Part shown: piece after piece, positions 18,518 through 27,635 of the stretch
How positions within the stretch are numbered: position 1 is the first letter of the stretch
How the letters are laid out: the number at the start of each line of letters is the position of its first letter
Assembly (NCBI RefSeq): GCF_002803295.2
Contig: NZ_PGGB02000003.1
Coordinates: 30,210 to 62,209 of the forward strand
Length of the DNA stretch: 32,000 bases
From: Caedibacter taeniospiralis
GTDB taxonomy: Bacteria; Pseudomonadota; Gammaproteobacteria; Francisellales; Francisellaceae
Reading direction: 5' to 3'
Translations under genes and position numbers: made by a program
Notes under the pieces: generated by a model
What the model saw: the letters and a program-made list of their open reading frames with translations, nothing else
The model's database searches: none
Told to the model about the DNA's origin: nothing

Positions 18518-19593
18518 TTTGATGGTCTCCCACCAAGAATGTTTTTCTGCCACAGCTCACCCAGTGTATATTCATCCAGCCACGCCTTCAACTCGACTCT
18601 ATTTAAGCGATGTAAGTTAGTCACACCTTCGCCGCGATCAGCAACAATTACATCTTCAACCTCGAATTCATTCAACAAATCAGGAGATTGAGTAGAAATA
18701 ATAATTTGTTGGGTTTTGGATGCAGAGCGCAGTAAACCTGCCAACAAATGAATAGCATAGGGGTGTAATCCCAGCTCTGGCTCATCAATCAATATTGTAC
18801 ATGGTTTAAACTCTTCAGGCTGCAACAAAACTGTAGCCAAGCATATAAAACGCAAGGTGCCATCAGACAAAATACTTGCTTTAAAAGGGATATCCTGAGC
18901 TTTTTCAACCCATTCGAGTTCAATCTGATCTTTGGCATCAGGTAATGGTCGTAAATTAAAATCACCAAAAAATGGAGCCACCAAGCGAACAACTTTAACT
19001 ATGCGCTGATAATACTCAAGATGGTGGTTTTTCAGGTGATATAAAAATGCCGCGAGATTGCGAGCATCTGGACGCAAATAGGCATTGTCATTAATACCAT
19101 GGGGCTGCTTTACCAATGCACTATCGCTGGTATCGTGAAAATGGTATGCCCGCCAGTTTTTTATGACAGGGAGTGTGTAGTTTTTTATAAGTGATTTATG
19201 AGATTCCACTTGGCTTTCAAAATGTCCATAACCTACGCTGGTATCGCCTCTCATATTCCACCATAGGTCTTCACTTGCAAACATCATGCGGTTGTCGGTG
19301 GTAGGCTCTAGCATAAACTTGTAACCATTGTTACCAAAATACAGTTCAGCACTAAAACGTTCAGTCACCTTGCGACCAAAGTGCAGCATGGCATCAGGAC
19401 CACCTTGCTTACTAACATACAATTGCAATTTGCCTTCAAGCATTTGTGGAAGCAGCTTAAAAAAACTAATGAAATTCGATTTGCCTGCACCGTTTGGTCC
19501 AATCAAAACATTCAACTCATGCAGCTCTAAATCGCATTGTTTAATGGATTTGAAGCCTTTTAAAACAATGCGTGACAATTGGTCACATTTCAC
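18514..19593 (-). CDS. SMC/RecF-like ABC-type ATPase (AAA_21/AAA_15 class), soluble
   Basis: 359 aa. Motifs: Walker A GPNGAGKS (nt 19477-19500), signature-like LSDGTLRF, Walker B ILIDEPELGLHP, STQSPDLL. GTG start at 19593 preceded by GGAGG (19601-19605) at 7-nt spacing. Confidence 0.8.
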   Translation of the reverse strand: MKCDQLSRIVLKGFKSIKQCDLELHELNVLIGPNGAGKSNFISFFKLLPQMLEGKLQLYVSKQGGPDAMLHFGRKVTERFSAELYFGNNGYKFMLEPTTDNRMMFASEDLWWNMRGDTSVGYGHFESQVESHKSLIKNYTLPVIKNWRAYHFHDTSDSALVKQPHGINDNAYLRPDARNLAAFLYHLKNHHLEYYQRIVKVVRLVAPFFGDFNLRPLPDAKDQIELEWVEKAQDIPFKASILSDGTLRFICLATVLLQPEEFKPCTILIDEPELGLHPYAIHLLAGLLRSASKTQQIIISTQSPDLLNEFEVEDVIVADRGEGVTNLHRLNRVELKAWLDEYTLGELWQKNILGGRPSK

Positions 19594-19619
19594 TCTTTAA
19601 CCTCCATCCATTTCCAAAT

Positions 19620-20372
19620 TCACGAATTCAATGCTTCCATGACACTTTCGTCAAACTCAACATTAGTGTACACACTTTGCACATCATCCAAATCCTCTAA
19701 ACGATCGATCATGTTCATAACCTTTTGAGCAACTTCCACATCATCAATATTCGTTTTCACATCTGCATCCATAGTGACTTCTGCTGAAGCGGGTTTTAAA
19801 CCCTTTGCTATTAATGCGTCATTGACCTCAGAAAAACCAGCTGGGTCGGTAATCACATCAATCGTACCATCTGCAAAGCTCACCACATCTTCAGCCCCTG
19901 CCTCGAGTGCCACCTCCATGACAAGATCTTCACTTAAGCCTGCATCAAAACTAATAATACCCTTCTTATTAAACATATAAGAAACGGAGCCGTCTGTCCC
20001 TAAATTGCCACCTGCTTTGGTAAAAGCATGACGCACCTCAGCCACCGTACGATTTCGATTATCCGTCATGCAATCGACAATAAAGGCCACGCCTGCTGGA
20101 CCATAACCTTCGTAACGAATCTCCTCTAAATTGCCTCCTTCTTCGCCACCAGCCCCTTTTTTAATCGCACGCTCAATCGTATCTTTCGTCATATTGTTAG
20201 ACAGTGCTGTCGCAATTGCCGCGCGTAGCCGTGGGTTGGAATCCTTGTCACCCCCTCCCAAGCCTGCAGATATCGTGATCTCACGAATCAACTTGGTGAA
20301 GATTTTTCCACGCTTAGCATCTTCTCTTGCTTTTCTATGCTTAATGTTTGCCCACTTACTGTGACCTGCCAT
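19620..20372 (-). CDS. yebC: YebC/PmpR-family DNA-binding transcriptional regulator / translation factor
   Basis: 250 aa. [32 protein letters not shown] is the canonical family N-terminus. Confidence 0.95.
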   Translation of the reverse strand: MAGHSKWANIKHRKAREDAKRGKIFTKLIREITISAGLGGGDKDSNPRLRAAIATALSNNMTKDTIERAIKKGAGGEEGGNLEEIRYEGYGPAGVAFIVDCMTDNRNRTVAEVRHAFTKAGGNLGTDGSVSYMFNKKGIISFDAGLSEDLVMEVALEAGAEDVVSFADGTIDVITDPAGFSEVNDALIAKGLKPASAEVTMDADVKTNIDDVEVAQKVMNMIDRLEDLDDVQSVYTNVEFDESVMEALNS

Positions 20373-20408
20373 TTTTAAACCTCTTTCAAAGACCCTTAAA
20401 CGGCAGCA

Positions 20409-20417
20409 ATTGTATCA
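20409..20417 (-). promoter_or_regulatory. candidate extended -10 element (TGATACAAT on the minus strand) for the yebC operon
   Basis: The reverse complement of ATTGTATCA lies 37 nt upstream of the yebC ATG. No convincing -35 is present. Weak evidence. Confidence 0.25.
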
Positions 20418-20512
20418 TAAAGCCCCATAAAACACCGAGGGGATTTTTGCGAACTAAGCACTCCTCTACTACGCTTAAATCACCAAGGAAACCCTGGGAA
20501 AGGATTCAACCC

Positions 20513-22024
20513 ATGAAGCTAGATAGTCTAATTCAGCCGATAAAAGTCATGCGCTTGCGGTATCTCCCACTCCTGATGATTTATTTTGCCTACGGTTGTA
20601 GCGTTTTTTCTGGCATTGGTGAATCTTTTTTTGTCAAAGAACACTTGAATTTATCCGCAGAAAGTCTCATTGTGATTGGGGTTTGGCTAAGTCTGCCATG
20701 GAATATTAAGATGGTATTTGGGCAGTTTGTCGACAGCCTCACCCTATTTGGATCGCAGCGCAAGGCTTACGTTTATTTGGCTGCTGTTTTAATGGCAAGC
20801 GGTTCTTTGCTTATGACTGGATTGGCTAGTCGCTGGAGTTTTGTGGTTGTGTTAGCACCTGATAATGTCATTTTTTTTATTTCATCCTTACTAACCGTTT
20901 TGGGTGTGGTATTACAGGATGTGGTTGCTGATGCCATGAGCGTTGAAGTCGTTGAGCGTGAAGGACGCTCACAACAAGACATTGATCAAGATCTTGCAAT
21001 GGTGCAACTCTTGGGACGTTTAAGCTTGAGTCTTGGAATGTTTCTTGTAGCGGGTTTAGGAGGCTGGCTTGCAGAGGTAATGAGTTATCAGAACCTTTTT
21101 CTACTTACCTTGAGTATCCCCTTGATTAGCATCACGGGTATTTTATTTATTCGTTTGGATAAGGTTCCTCGCAAGCCCATTAATAAAACCGTGCTTTTTG
21201 GTGGACTCTTGTATGCCGTCTTTATTATTGTCATAGGTCTTAGTGACCTTCCTTTAGCACAGGAAATCGCGTTTGTCGTGTCTTTAATTATTATCATTTA
21301 CCTGCTACGCGCGGTCACTAAAGAACTACCTCGCGATTTACTACGCGCCATTTTTGTTGCGGCCTTTATGATCTTCATCTTTCGCGCCTCTCCAACTGCT
21401 GGACCTGGTGCTCAATGGTTTATGATCGATGTGCTGGGATTTGATAAGGCTTTTTTTGGCACGTTATCACAGATTGGGGCTTTTATGTCCATTATTGGCA
21501 TGTGGTTTTTTGCCCGAGTGATTACGGAGAAATCGATCACCTCTGTGCTGTTGTCGCTGACGGTTGCAGGCTTTTTATTAGAGCTACCCCTCATCGCCCT
21601 ATATTACGGACTACATGAATGGACCATGGTTTACTTTGGTTTTGGCGCACGCACCATTGTACTGATTGATAGCGCAGTTGCCTCACCATTTGCCCAATTG
21701 GCGATGATTCCCATGCTAGCACTCATCGCACGCTACGCCCCAAAAGGCAATGCTGCTACCTGGTTTGCGCTGATGGCAAGCTTTATGAATTTAGCACTCA
21801 CTGCAGGGTCATTATTGAGTAAGTACTTAAATAAAGTCTTTGCTGTTTCACGTGAGGTCCTCGATCACACCACAAATACCGTCATCTCCTCTGCAAACTA
21901 TAGTGAGCTTGGCTCACTTTTAATTACCGTTTCAATCATTGGTTTATCTGCCCCTCTTGTAGGAATTTTGCTATACGCACGATTTTACCCAAAGGCAAAA
22001 AAACAAAAAAGACAAAATGGATAA
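20513..22024 (+). CDS. polytopic MFS-like transporter, tentatively folate/biopterin transporter (BT1) family
   Basis: 503 aa from the ATG at 20513 (AAAGGA SD 8 nt upstream), with about 12 hydrophobic segments. The 55 upstream codons in the ORF track overlap yebC and are rejected. The BT1 assignment is from recall of overall pattern only. Confidence 0.6.
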   Translation: MKLDSLIQPIKVMRLRYLPLLMIYFAYGCSVFSGIGESFFVKEHLNLSAESLIVIGVWLSLPWNIKMVFGQFVDSLTLFGSQRKAYVYLAAVLMASGSLLMTGLASRWSFVVVLAPDNVIFFISSLLTVLGVVLQDVVADAMSVEVVEREGRSQQDIDQDLAMVQLLGRLSLSLGMFLVAGLGGWLAEVMSYQNLFLLTLSIPLISITGILFIRLDKVPRKPINKTVLFGGLLYAVFIIVIGLSDLPLAQEIAFVVSLIIIIYLLRAVTKELPRDLLRAIFVAAFMIFIFRASPTAGPGAQWFMIDVLGFDKAFFGTLSQIGAFMSIIGMWFFARVITEKSITSVLLSLTVAGFLLELPLIALYYGLHEWTMVYFGFGARTIVLIDSAVASPFAQLAMIPMLALIARYAPKGNAATWFALMASFMNLALTAGSLLSKYLNKVFAVSREVLDHTTNTVISSANYSELGSLLITVSIIGLSAPLVGILLYARFYPKAKKQKRQNG

Positions 22025-22041
22025 AATAAAGCAAAAACATT

Positions 22042-22070
22042 TTGCCTTTACTTCACAAGCATCCTAGAAT
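22042..22070 (+). promoter_or_regulatory. sigma70-like promoter for ssrA: -35 TTGCCT, 17-nt spacer, -10 TAGAAT
   Basis: The hexamers are at 22042-22047 and 22065-22070. The -10 ends 13 nt before the mature tmRNA 5' end, consistent with a short RNase P-processed leader. Confidence 0.5.
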
Positions 22071-22083
22071 GGCAGGCTCACTG

Positions 22084-22494
22084 GGGGGCGAATATGGCTT
22101 CGACGGGAATGTCAATGTCTTACGGTGCATGCCGAGGGTGTATCTGCCTCGTAAAACACGTTACATCGTCAGAATAACTGGCAAAAATAAAAAAGATCGC
22201 GTTGTAGCTAACGATGCAGCTTTCGCTGCTCGTAAAGCTGCTTAATCTAGCTTAATAACCTAGATACGCACGAACCGATAGTATTTGCTTGTGAATCTAT
22301 CTTATGTTCGTTCATATCCATCACAAGATCGCCAACGTGTCGGTCTAAACACTGCGGCTAAATTTTAAGACTCGCTTGAATTATGCCCTGATTTATCGGG
22401 CGGATTTGAGTCAAATATAATAGATAAGTCTAAGCATGTAGATCTGAAGATGGCGAGTTTGCGGACGCGGGTTCAACCCCCGCCGCCTCCACCA
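22084..22494 (+). ncRNA. ssrA: transfer-messenger RNA (tmRNA, SsrA)
   Basis: 5' GGGGGCGAATATGGCTTCGACGGG and 3' GCGGACGCGGGTTCAACCCCCGCCGCCTCCACCA, with acceptor stem GGGGGCG/CGCCUCC (one G-U pair) and a T-arm. The internal tag ORF ends ...GCT AAC GAT GCA GCT TTC GCT GCT CGT AAA GCT GCT TAA (stop 22243-22245). Confidence 0.95.
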
Positions 22495-22544
22495 AACCAA
22501 AACTCAATAAATTCATCGACAAATTTTAAGAACACTAAAAACAG

Positions 22545-23612
22545 TCATAGTTGAACCCGCGGGTCTAACTCACCCGTTTGGTACAACGCATACATTTTTT
22601 CCAACGAAATTGGTTTTATCTTATCCGCCATCCCCGCGGCACCAAAGGCTTCATATCGGAGCTTACAAATATCCCTCATTGCATCTTTCGCTAGCCCATT
22701 ATATTTGCGCGGGTCAAACTCAGCTCTATGAGTTGCCATAAATTGACGAATTGCACCTGTAGCCGCCATCCGTAAATCGGTATCAATATTGACTTTTCTC
22801 ACCCCATATTTAATCGCTTCAACGATTTCAGCAACGGGAACACCATAAGTCTCCCCCATGTCTCCGCCAAATTGATTGATAATTTTCAACCAGTCTTGCG
22901 GCACAGAAGATGAACCGTGCATCACCAAATGCGTATCAGGGATGCGTGCATGGATTTCCTTAACACGTGAAATCGCGAGCACATCCCCTGTAGGAGGCTT
23001 GGTGAACTTATATGCGCCGTGACTTGTTCCAATGGCAATAGCCAAGGCATCCACTTTGGTGGCTTTAACAAATTGCGCAGCTTCCTCTGGATCGGTTAAT
23101 AACTGATCATGTGATAGTGTGCCTTTAGCACCAACACCATCCTCTTCACCTGCCTGTCCTGTTTCCAACGAACCTAAACAACCTAGTTCACCCTCGACAG
23201 ATACACCACAGGCGTGCGCCATTTCAACCGTGCGCTTAGTCACATCAACGTTATAAGCATAATCTGCTGGAGTTTTACCGTCTGACTCTAATGAACCATC
23301 CATCATTACTGATGAAAACCCTAATTGGATTGAGCGCTGACAGACATCTGGTGATGTGCCATGATCCTGGTGCATACACACAGGAATCTCAGGATATTCT
23401 TCAATGGCTGCTAACACAAGGTGGCGAATAAATGGCGCTCCTGCATATTTTCTAGCGCCCGCTGAGGCTTGCAAAATCACGGGGGCTTTGACCTTGTTTG
23501 CAGCTTCCATCACCGCACGAATCTGCTCTAAATTGTTGACGTTAAACGCAGGAATACCATAACGGTGCTCTGCTGCATGATCTAATAATTGTCGTAATGA
23601 TACTAATGCCAT
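22545..23612 (-). CDS. fba: class II fructose-1,6-bisphosphate aldolase (about 355-aa CbbA-like subtype)
   Basis: I use the ATG at 23612 ([30 protein letters not shown]), which has an AAGGAAAG SD. Motifs: HQDHG, HGSSS. Confidence 0.93.
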   Translation of the reverse strand: MALVSLRQLLDHAAEHRYGIPAFNVNNLEQIRAVMEAANKVKAPVILQASAGARKYAGAPFIRHLVLAAIEEYPEIPVCMHQDHGTSPDVCQRSIQLGFSSVMMDGSLESDGKTPADYAYNVDVTKRTVEMAHACGVSVEGELGCLGSLETGQAGEEDGVGAKGTLSHDQLLTDPEEAAQFVKATKVDALAIAIGTSHGAYKFTKPPTGDVLAISRVKEIHARIPDTHLVMHGSSSVPQDWLKIINQFGGDMGETYGVPVAEIVEAIKYGVRKVNIDTDLRMAATGAIRQFMATHRAEFDPRKYNGLAKDAMRDICKLRYEAFGAAGMADKIKPISLEKMYALYQTGELDPRVQL

Positions 23613-23729
23613 TTTCTTTCCTTTTTTTATTAATTTGAAGGCTTGTGCAAATAGTTCGCCCAAGCATGTCGGTGGGCGGAAATACAGTCACCGCCTACAT
23701 TTAAAATAACAAAAACACGGCGTACGTTT

Positions 23730-25163
23730 TTACACCACATTACCTGCCTGAATCACTTTAATTTTATTGGTGCCGCCATGAACGCCCATATGATCTCCAC
23801 TGGTTAGCACCATCCAATCACCCTGTTTGACAATGCCACGCTTCTCAAGCTCAAGTGAAGCTTCACGGTTGACATAGAAGCGCGCCATGCGGGTTGAGTC
23901 AAACTCAATCGGTACAACCCCTCGATACAGCGTCATTTTACCTAAGGTTAAACGATTACGTGATAAAGCATAAATCGGTAGGTGCGTGTTAATTCGCGAC
24001 ATCCACAGTGCCGTTGAACCTGACTCAGTTAATGAAATAATCGCCTTGGCATCCACATGATTAGCCAAATAAACGGCAGCACTTGCGACCGCTTCATCAA
24101 CGCGATCATGGTGACGGGTCACATTATCTTTTGACACAATATGCACAAGATTACTCTTCTCAGCCGCCGCACATACGCGCGACATGGCAGCCACGGTTTC
24201 AACAGGATATTCGCCTGCTGCAGATTCAGCAGATAACATCACTACATCGGTGCCATCCAATACTGCATTGGCGACATCAGAAACTTCAGCACGCGTCGGT
24301 GTTGAGCATGTAATCATCGACTCCATCATTTGAGTCGCCGTAATCACGACTTTATCAAGCTCACGTGTTAAGCGAATAATCATCTTTTGTGCCGCAGGAA
24401 CATTTTCGTCCCCTATTTCAACTGCCAAGTCACCTCGCGCCACCATCACTGCATCAGATGCCTTAATAATTTCTTCAATATGGGTAAGTGCCTCAGTGCG
24501 CTCAATTTTGGCGACAACCCCAGCTTCAGAACCAGACTCTTGCAGCAACTTACGCGCATATTCCATATCTTTGGCATCACGCGGAAAAGAAACAGCGACA
24601 TAGTCGACCTCAAGCGCTGCCGCTGTTTTAATATCTTCTATGTCTTTTTCAGTCAATGCAGGAGCAGTTAAACCGCCCCCTTTTTTGTTGATGCCCTTGT
24701 TATTAGAAAGCTTGCCACCCACTATGACCTTACAATGTACTTTCACGCCTTCAACCTTAATAACAGATAACACAATTTTGCCATCATCAAGCAATAAAAT
24801 ATCACCTTTTTTGACATCATTGGGTAGCTCTTTATAGTCAATGCCAACACTTGTTTCGTCACCTGCGTTTTTATCAAGCTCCGCATCAAGAATAAAGGGA
24901 TCACCATTTTTCAAGATAACCTTGCCATCTTTAAATTTTGCAACACGAATTTTGGGTCCTTGAAGATCCGCTAAAATACCAATATAGGTTCCCTTTTCCT
25001 TGGCGACCTCGCGAATAAGCTGCACGCGTTTACGATGATCGTCAGCTGTACCATGCGAGAAATTACAGCGCACGGCATTTAATCCTGCGTCCACCATTTT
25101 ACTTAGCACCTCTTTTGACTCACTGGCAGGACCAATGGTTGCTAAGATTTTTGTTCTTCTCAT
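23730..25163 (-). CDS. pyk: pyruvate kinase
   Basis: 477 aa. Motifs: [37 protein letters not shown] overlap with the pgk stop at 25160-25163. Confidence 0.95.
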   Translation of the reverse strand: MRRTKILATIGPASESKEVLSKMVDAGLNAVRCNFSHGTADDHRKRVQLIREVAKEKGTYIGILADLQGPKIRVAKFKDGKVILKNGDPFILDAELDKNAGDETSVGIDYKELPNDVKKGDILLLDDGKIVLSVIKVEGVKVHCKVIVGGKLSNNKGINKKGGGLTAPALTEKDIEDIKTAAALEVDYVAVSFPRDAKDMEYARKLLQESGSEAGVVAKIERTEALTHIEEIIKASDAVMVARGDLAVEIGDENVPAAQKMIIRLTRELDKVVITATQMMESMITCSTPTRAEVSDVANAVLDGTDVVMLSAESAAGEYPVETVAAMSRVCAAAEKSNLVHIVSKDNVTRHHDRVDEAVASAAVYLANHVDAKAIISLTESGSTALWMSRINTHLPIYALSRNRLTLGKMTLYRGVVPIEFDSTRMARFYVNREASLELEKRGIVKQGDWMVLTSGDHMGVHGGTNKIKVIQAGNVV

Positions 25164-26347
25164 ACTTTTACCTCTTGTGCACGCTCATATAAAACCTCAA
25201 CACCTGGCAAGACTTTTCCTTCGATAAACTCCAAAAATGCCCCTCCAGCCGTTGAGATATAAGAAACTTTGTCTTTGATGTTAAACTTTTCAATGGCTGC
25301 AATCGTATCTCCTCCACCTGCGACAGAGAAGGCAGTTGAGTTTGCGATGGCTCGCGCAATCGCTTTGGTGCCCTCTGCAAAATGGGCAAACTCGAAAACC
25401 CCCACAGGACCATTCCATAAGATAGTCCTGGCTGATCGAATAATCTCTGCCAGTTTTTGCCCAGTTGACGGTCCAAAATCCAGAATCATATCATCCGATC
25501 CAACGGTCTCAATGGTTTTAATCTCAGCTCTGGCATTCTCATCAAAAGATTTAGCCACGCGAACGTCAACTGGCAAGGCAATTTCGACACCCTTTTGTTT
25601 GGCCTTCACCATGAGTCTCTTTGCAGTATCAACCAGGTCCGCTTCAATCAAAGAACGACCAACCTTAAAGCCTTGAGCCAACAAAAATGTGTTGGCAATA
25701 CCACCACCAACAATCAGCTGATCCACCTGATCGATCAGGTTTTCAAGCACGGTGAGTTTAGTCGAAACCTTTGAGCCACCAACAATCGCCACTAGTGGCT
25801 TTTTAGGATTTTTAAGTGCCGCGCTTAGCGCATTTAACTCTTCGGTGAGTAAAAGTCCCGCACAGGCTATTGGCGCATATTTTGCCACACCATAGGTAGA
25901 GGCTTGCGCTCTATGTGCGGTAGCAAAAGCATCCATAACAAAAACCTGAGCCAGGCTCGCAAGCTTTTGTGATAGAAGTTCATCAGACTTTTCCTCACCC
26001 TTGTTAAAGCGCACATTCTCGCAAAGCACCACTTGCCCTGGCTCAATAGCGACACCATCAAGATAGTCCTTAAGCAAAGCCACATGCTGTCCTAATTTTT
26101 CTGTCAGCACATTGGCAACGGGTGATAGTGAATATTCACTATTATACTCACCCTCTACAGGTCTGCCTAAGTGTGTCATTAAAATCACTCCTGCCCCTTG
26201 CTTCAACGCATATTGAATCGTGGGGAGGGCTGCATCTATACGCACAAAACTGGTTACTCTGCCATCCTTGATAGGCACGTTAAAGTCAACGCGCATCAAT
26301 ACTTTTTTACCTTTCAAATTCACATCGGTAATCGATAAAAATTTCAT
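25160..26347 (-). CDS. pgk: phosphoglycerate kinase
   Basis: 395 aa. Motifs: [24 protein letters not shown]. Confidence 0.95.
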   Translation of the reverse strand: MKFLSITDVNLKGKKVLMRVDFNVPIKDGRVTSFVRIDAALPTIQYALKQGAGVILMTHLGRPVEGEYNSEYSLSPVANVLTEKLGQHVALLKDYLDGVAIEPGQVVLCENVRFNKGEEKSDELLSQKLASLAQVFVMDAFATAHRAQASTYGVAKYAPIACAGLLLTEELNALSAALKNPKKPLVAIVGGSKVSTKLTVLENLIDQVDQLIVGGGIANTFLLAQGFKVGRSLIEADLVDTAKRLMVKAKQKGVEIALPVDVRVAKSFDENARAEIKTIETVGSDDMILDFGPSTGQKLAEIIRSARTILWNGPVGVFEFAHFAEGTKAIARAIANSTAFSVAGGGDTIAAIEKFNIKDKVSYISTAGGAFLEFIEGKVLPGVEVLYERAQEVKV

Positions 26348-26370
26348 TATTTAGACCCTTATTCAATTAC

Positions 26371-26545
26371 TGGAGTCATGGACTTTTGCTGATTTTTAAC
26401 TACCCCGTCAGCCTGCGGCTGCCACCCCTTCACAAGTGAAGGGGAATTTTTGGAAAGTTTGTCACTTAATTCCCCTTCGTTAGCGAAGGGGTGGCTGCGA
26501 AGCAGACGGGGTAGTCTTTAAAGACAGTAAAAGTGCACAGCTCCA
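26371..26545. repeat. GC-rich imperfect nested palindromic element (REP/MITE-like), about 175 bp
   Basis: Perfect outer pair CTACCCCGTC (26400-26409) / GACGGGGTAG (26505-26514) and inner pair GGGGAATT (26441-26448) / AATTCCCC (26468-26475). There are four local hairpins (26409-26421, 26425-26444, 26472-26491, 26495-26505). Weaker flanking symmetry runs out to TGGAG (26371) / CTCCA (26545). Confidence 0.75.
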
Positions 26546-26550
26546 ACCAA

Positions 26551-26578
26551 CAAAAAAGGCGCTTCAAACGCCTTTCTT
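26551..26578 (-). terminator. rho-independent terminator downstream of gap
   Basis: The minus-strand RNA reads AAAGGCG-UUUGAAG-CGCCUUU followed by a U run (UUUUUUG). It starts about 12 nt after the gap stop. Confidence 0.8.
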
Positions 26579-26589
26579 ATCCATGCTGA

Positions 26590-27600
26590 TTACTTAGCAG
26601 CAAACCACGCCTTAGTGGTTCTTAACATTTGATTTGAGAAGCCCCACTCATTGTCATACCAGGAAAGTACTTTAACTAAATTACCAATGACACGCGTTTG
26701 TGTTGCGTCAAAAATCGATGGCTGCGGATTGTGGTTAAAATCCATGGAGACTAATGGTTCAACGTTATAACCTAAAACGCCTTTTAGACTTGTTTCAGAT
26801 GCGTTTTTCAACAATTTATTGACCTCTTCCACACTCGTGTGTTTCTTCGCGGTAAAAGTTAAATCAACGACGGACACGTTAATCGTAGGCACTCGCATCG
26901 CAAAACCATCCAGGCGCCCTTTAAGCTCAGGCAATACCAGACCTACCGCCGCCGCCGCCCCTGTTTTAGTTGGGATCATATTATGCGCTGCGGCGCGTGC
27001 GCGATGTAAATCACTGTGATAGCTATCCACGATTCTTTGATCATTAGTATAAGCATGGATTGTCGTCATTAGACCTTCTTGAATACCAACGTTATCATTC
27101 AATACTTTGGCAACTGGCGCCAAACAGTTGGTTGTGCATGAGGCATTTGAGATAACCGTCATCGCTGAAGTTAATACGTTATGGTTTACACCATACACAA
27201 TCGTCGCATCAACATCGCTACCCCCTGGCGCTGAAATTACTACTTTTTTGGCACCAGCCTGTAAATGTGCCGCACATTTTTCTTTTGAAGTAAATAAACC
27301 CGTACATTCAAATACCACATCAACGCCCAAGGTCTTCCAAGGCAAGCTCGCAGGATTGCGTTCGGCTAAAATTTTAATGCGATCCTTATTAACGACCATT
27401 TCATCATTTTGCAAAGAAACATCCGCATGAAAACGTCCATGTGTCGTGTCATACTTTGTTAGATGTACATTAATTTCAGGACTGCCCAAGTCATTAATCG
27501 CAACGATTTTAAACTCGTTTGTCAAACCTGCTTCATAGATCGCACGCAATACACAGCGACCAATGCGACCATAACCATTAATTGCAATTTTAATTGCCAT
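26590..27600 (-). CDS. gap: glyceraldehyde-3-phosphate dehydrogenase
   Basis: 336 aa. Motifs: INGYGRIGR, active-site [20 protein letters not shown]. Confidence 0.95.
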   Translation of the reverse strand: MAIKIAINGYGRIGRCVLRAIYEAGLTNEFKIVAINDLGSPEINVHLTKYDTTHGRFHADVSLQNDEMVVNKDRIKILAERNPASLPWKTLGVDVVFECTGLFTSKEKCAAHLQAGAKKVVISAPGGSDVDATIVYGVNHNVLTSAMTVISNASCTTNCLAPVAKVLNDNVGIQEGLMTTIHAYTNDQRIVDSYHSDLHRARAAAHNMIPTKTGAAAAVGLVLPELKGRLDGFAMRVPTINVSVVDLTFTAKKHTSVEEVNKLLKNASETSLKGVLGYNVEPLVSMDFNHNPQPSIFDATQTRVIGNLVKVLSWYDNEWGFSNQMLRTTKAWFAAK

Positions 27601-27635
27601 TTTTTATTTCTCCTTTTTTAATTTGCCTTTATGAC

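Noticed and set aside
18518-18553. 12-codon N-terminal extension of the DUF4276-like ORF (MAEKHSWWETIK)
   Set aside because: The ATG at 18517 gives the family-typical start directly at the first beta-strand ([10 protein letters not shown]) and a 4-nt coupling overlap. The longer form would overlap the ATPase C-terminus by 40 nt. This is not fully excluded.
18514-19593. The idea that the 359-aa ATPase is RecF (similar length and N-terminal Walker A)
   Set aside because: The Walker B region ILIDEPELGLHP and the STQSPD motif are AAA_21/OLD-type rather than the RecF LLLDDxxSELD pattern. The gene is not in a dnaA-dnaN-recF-gyrB context, and it is coupled to a DUF4276-like partner.
20348-20512. 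55-codon N-terminal extension of the transporter ORF
   Set aside because: It overlaps the yebC start on the opposite strand, is hydrophilic and Pro/Arg/Lys-rich, and lacks an SD. The ATG at 20513 has an AAAGGA SD and starts just before the first TM segment.
22042-22245. 67-aa + strand ORF (MPLLHKHPRMAGSLGGEYGFDGNVN...)
   Set aside because: It lies across the ssrA promoter and the 5' half of the tmRNA. Its C-terminus (…ANDAAFAARKAA) is simply the tmRNA tag frame read through from upstream. It is not an independent protein gene.
22495-22544. Genomic island or integrase at the ssrA 3' end
   Set aside because: Only 50 nt separate the tmRNA CCA end from the fba stop. There is no integrase ORF and no duplicated ssrA 3' segment in the window.
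23640-23729. Possible terminator between pyk and fba (GTAGGCGG-N11-CCGCCCAC on the minus strand; AAAAACG..CGTGTTTTT right after the pyk stop)
   Set aside because: The stems are short or mismatched and the GC hairpin lacks a following U tract. This is not convincing enough to call, so pyk and fba may be co-transcribed or separated by a weak signal.
24083-24837. Three + strand ORFs (76, 94 and 65 aa) inside pyk
   Set aside because: They are antisense shadow ORFs wholly inside a high-confidence conserved gene. They have low-complexity composition, no SD and no recognisable motifs. The same reasoning applies to the antisense ORFs inside zwf (3354-3841), pgk (25269-25676), gap (26819-27430), tkt (27631-29697), yebC (19774-20364), the ATPase gene (18789-18992, 19328-19600) and the adenylate-forming enzyme gene (30054-31273).
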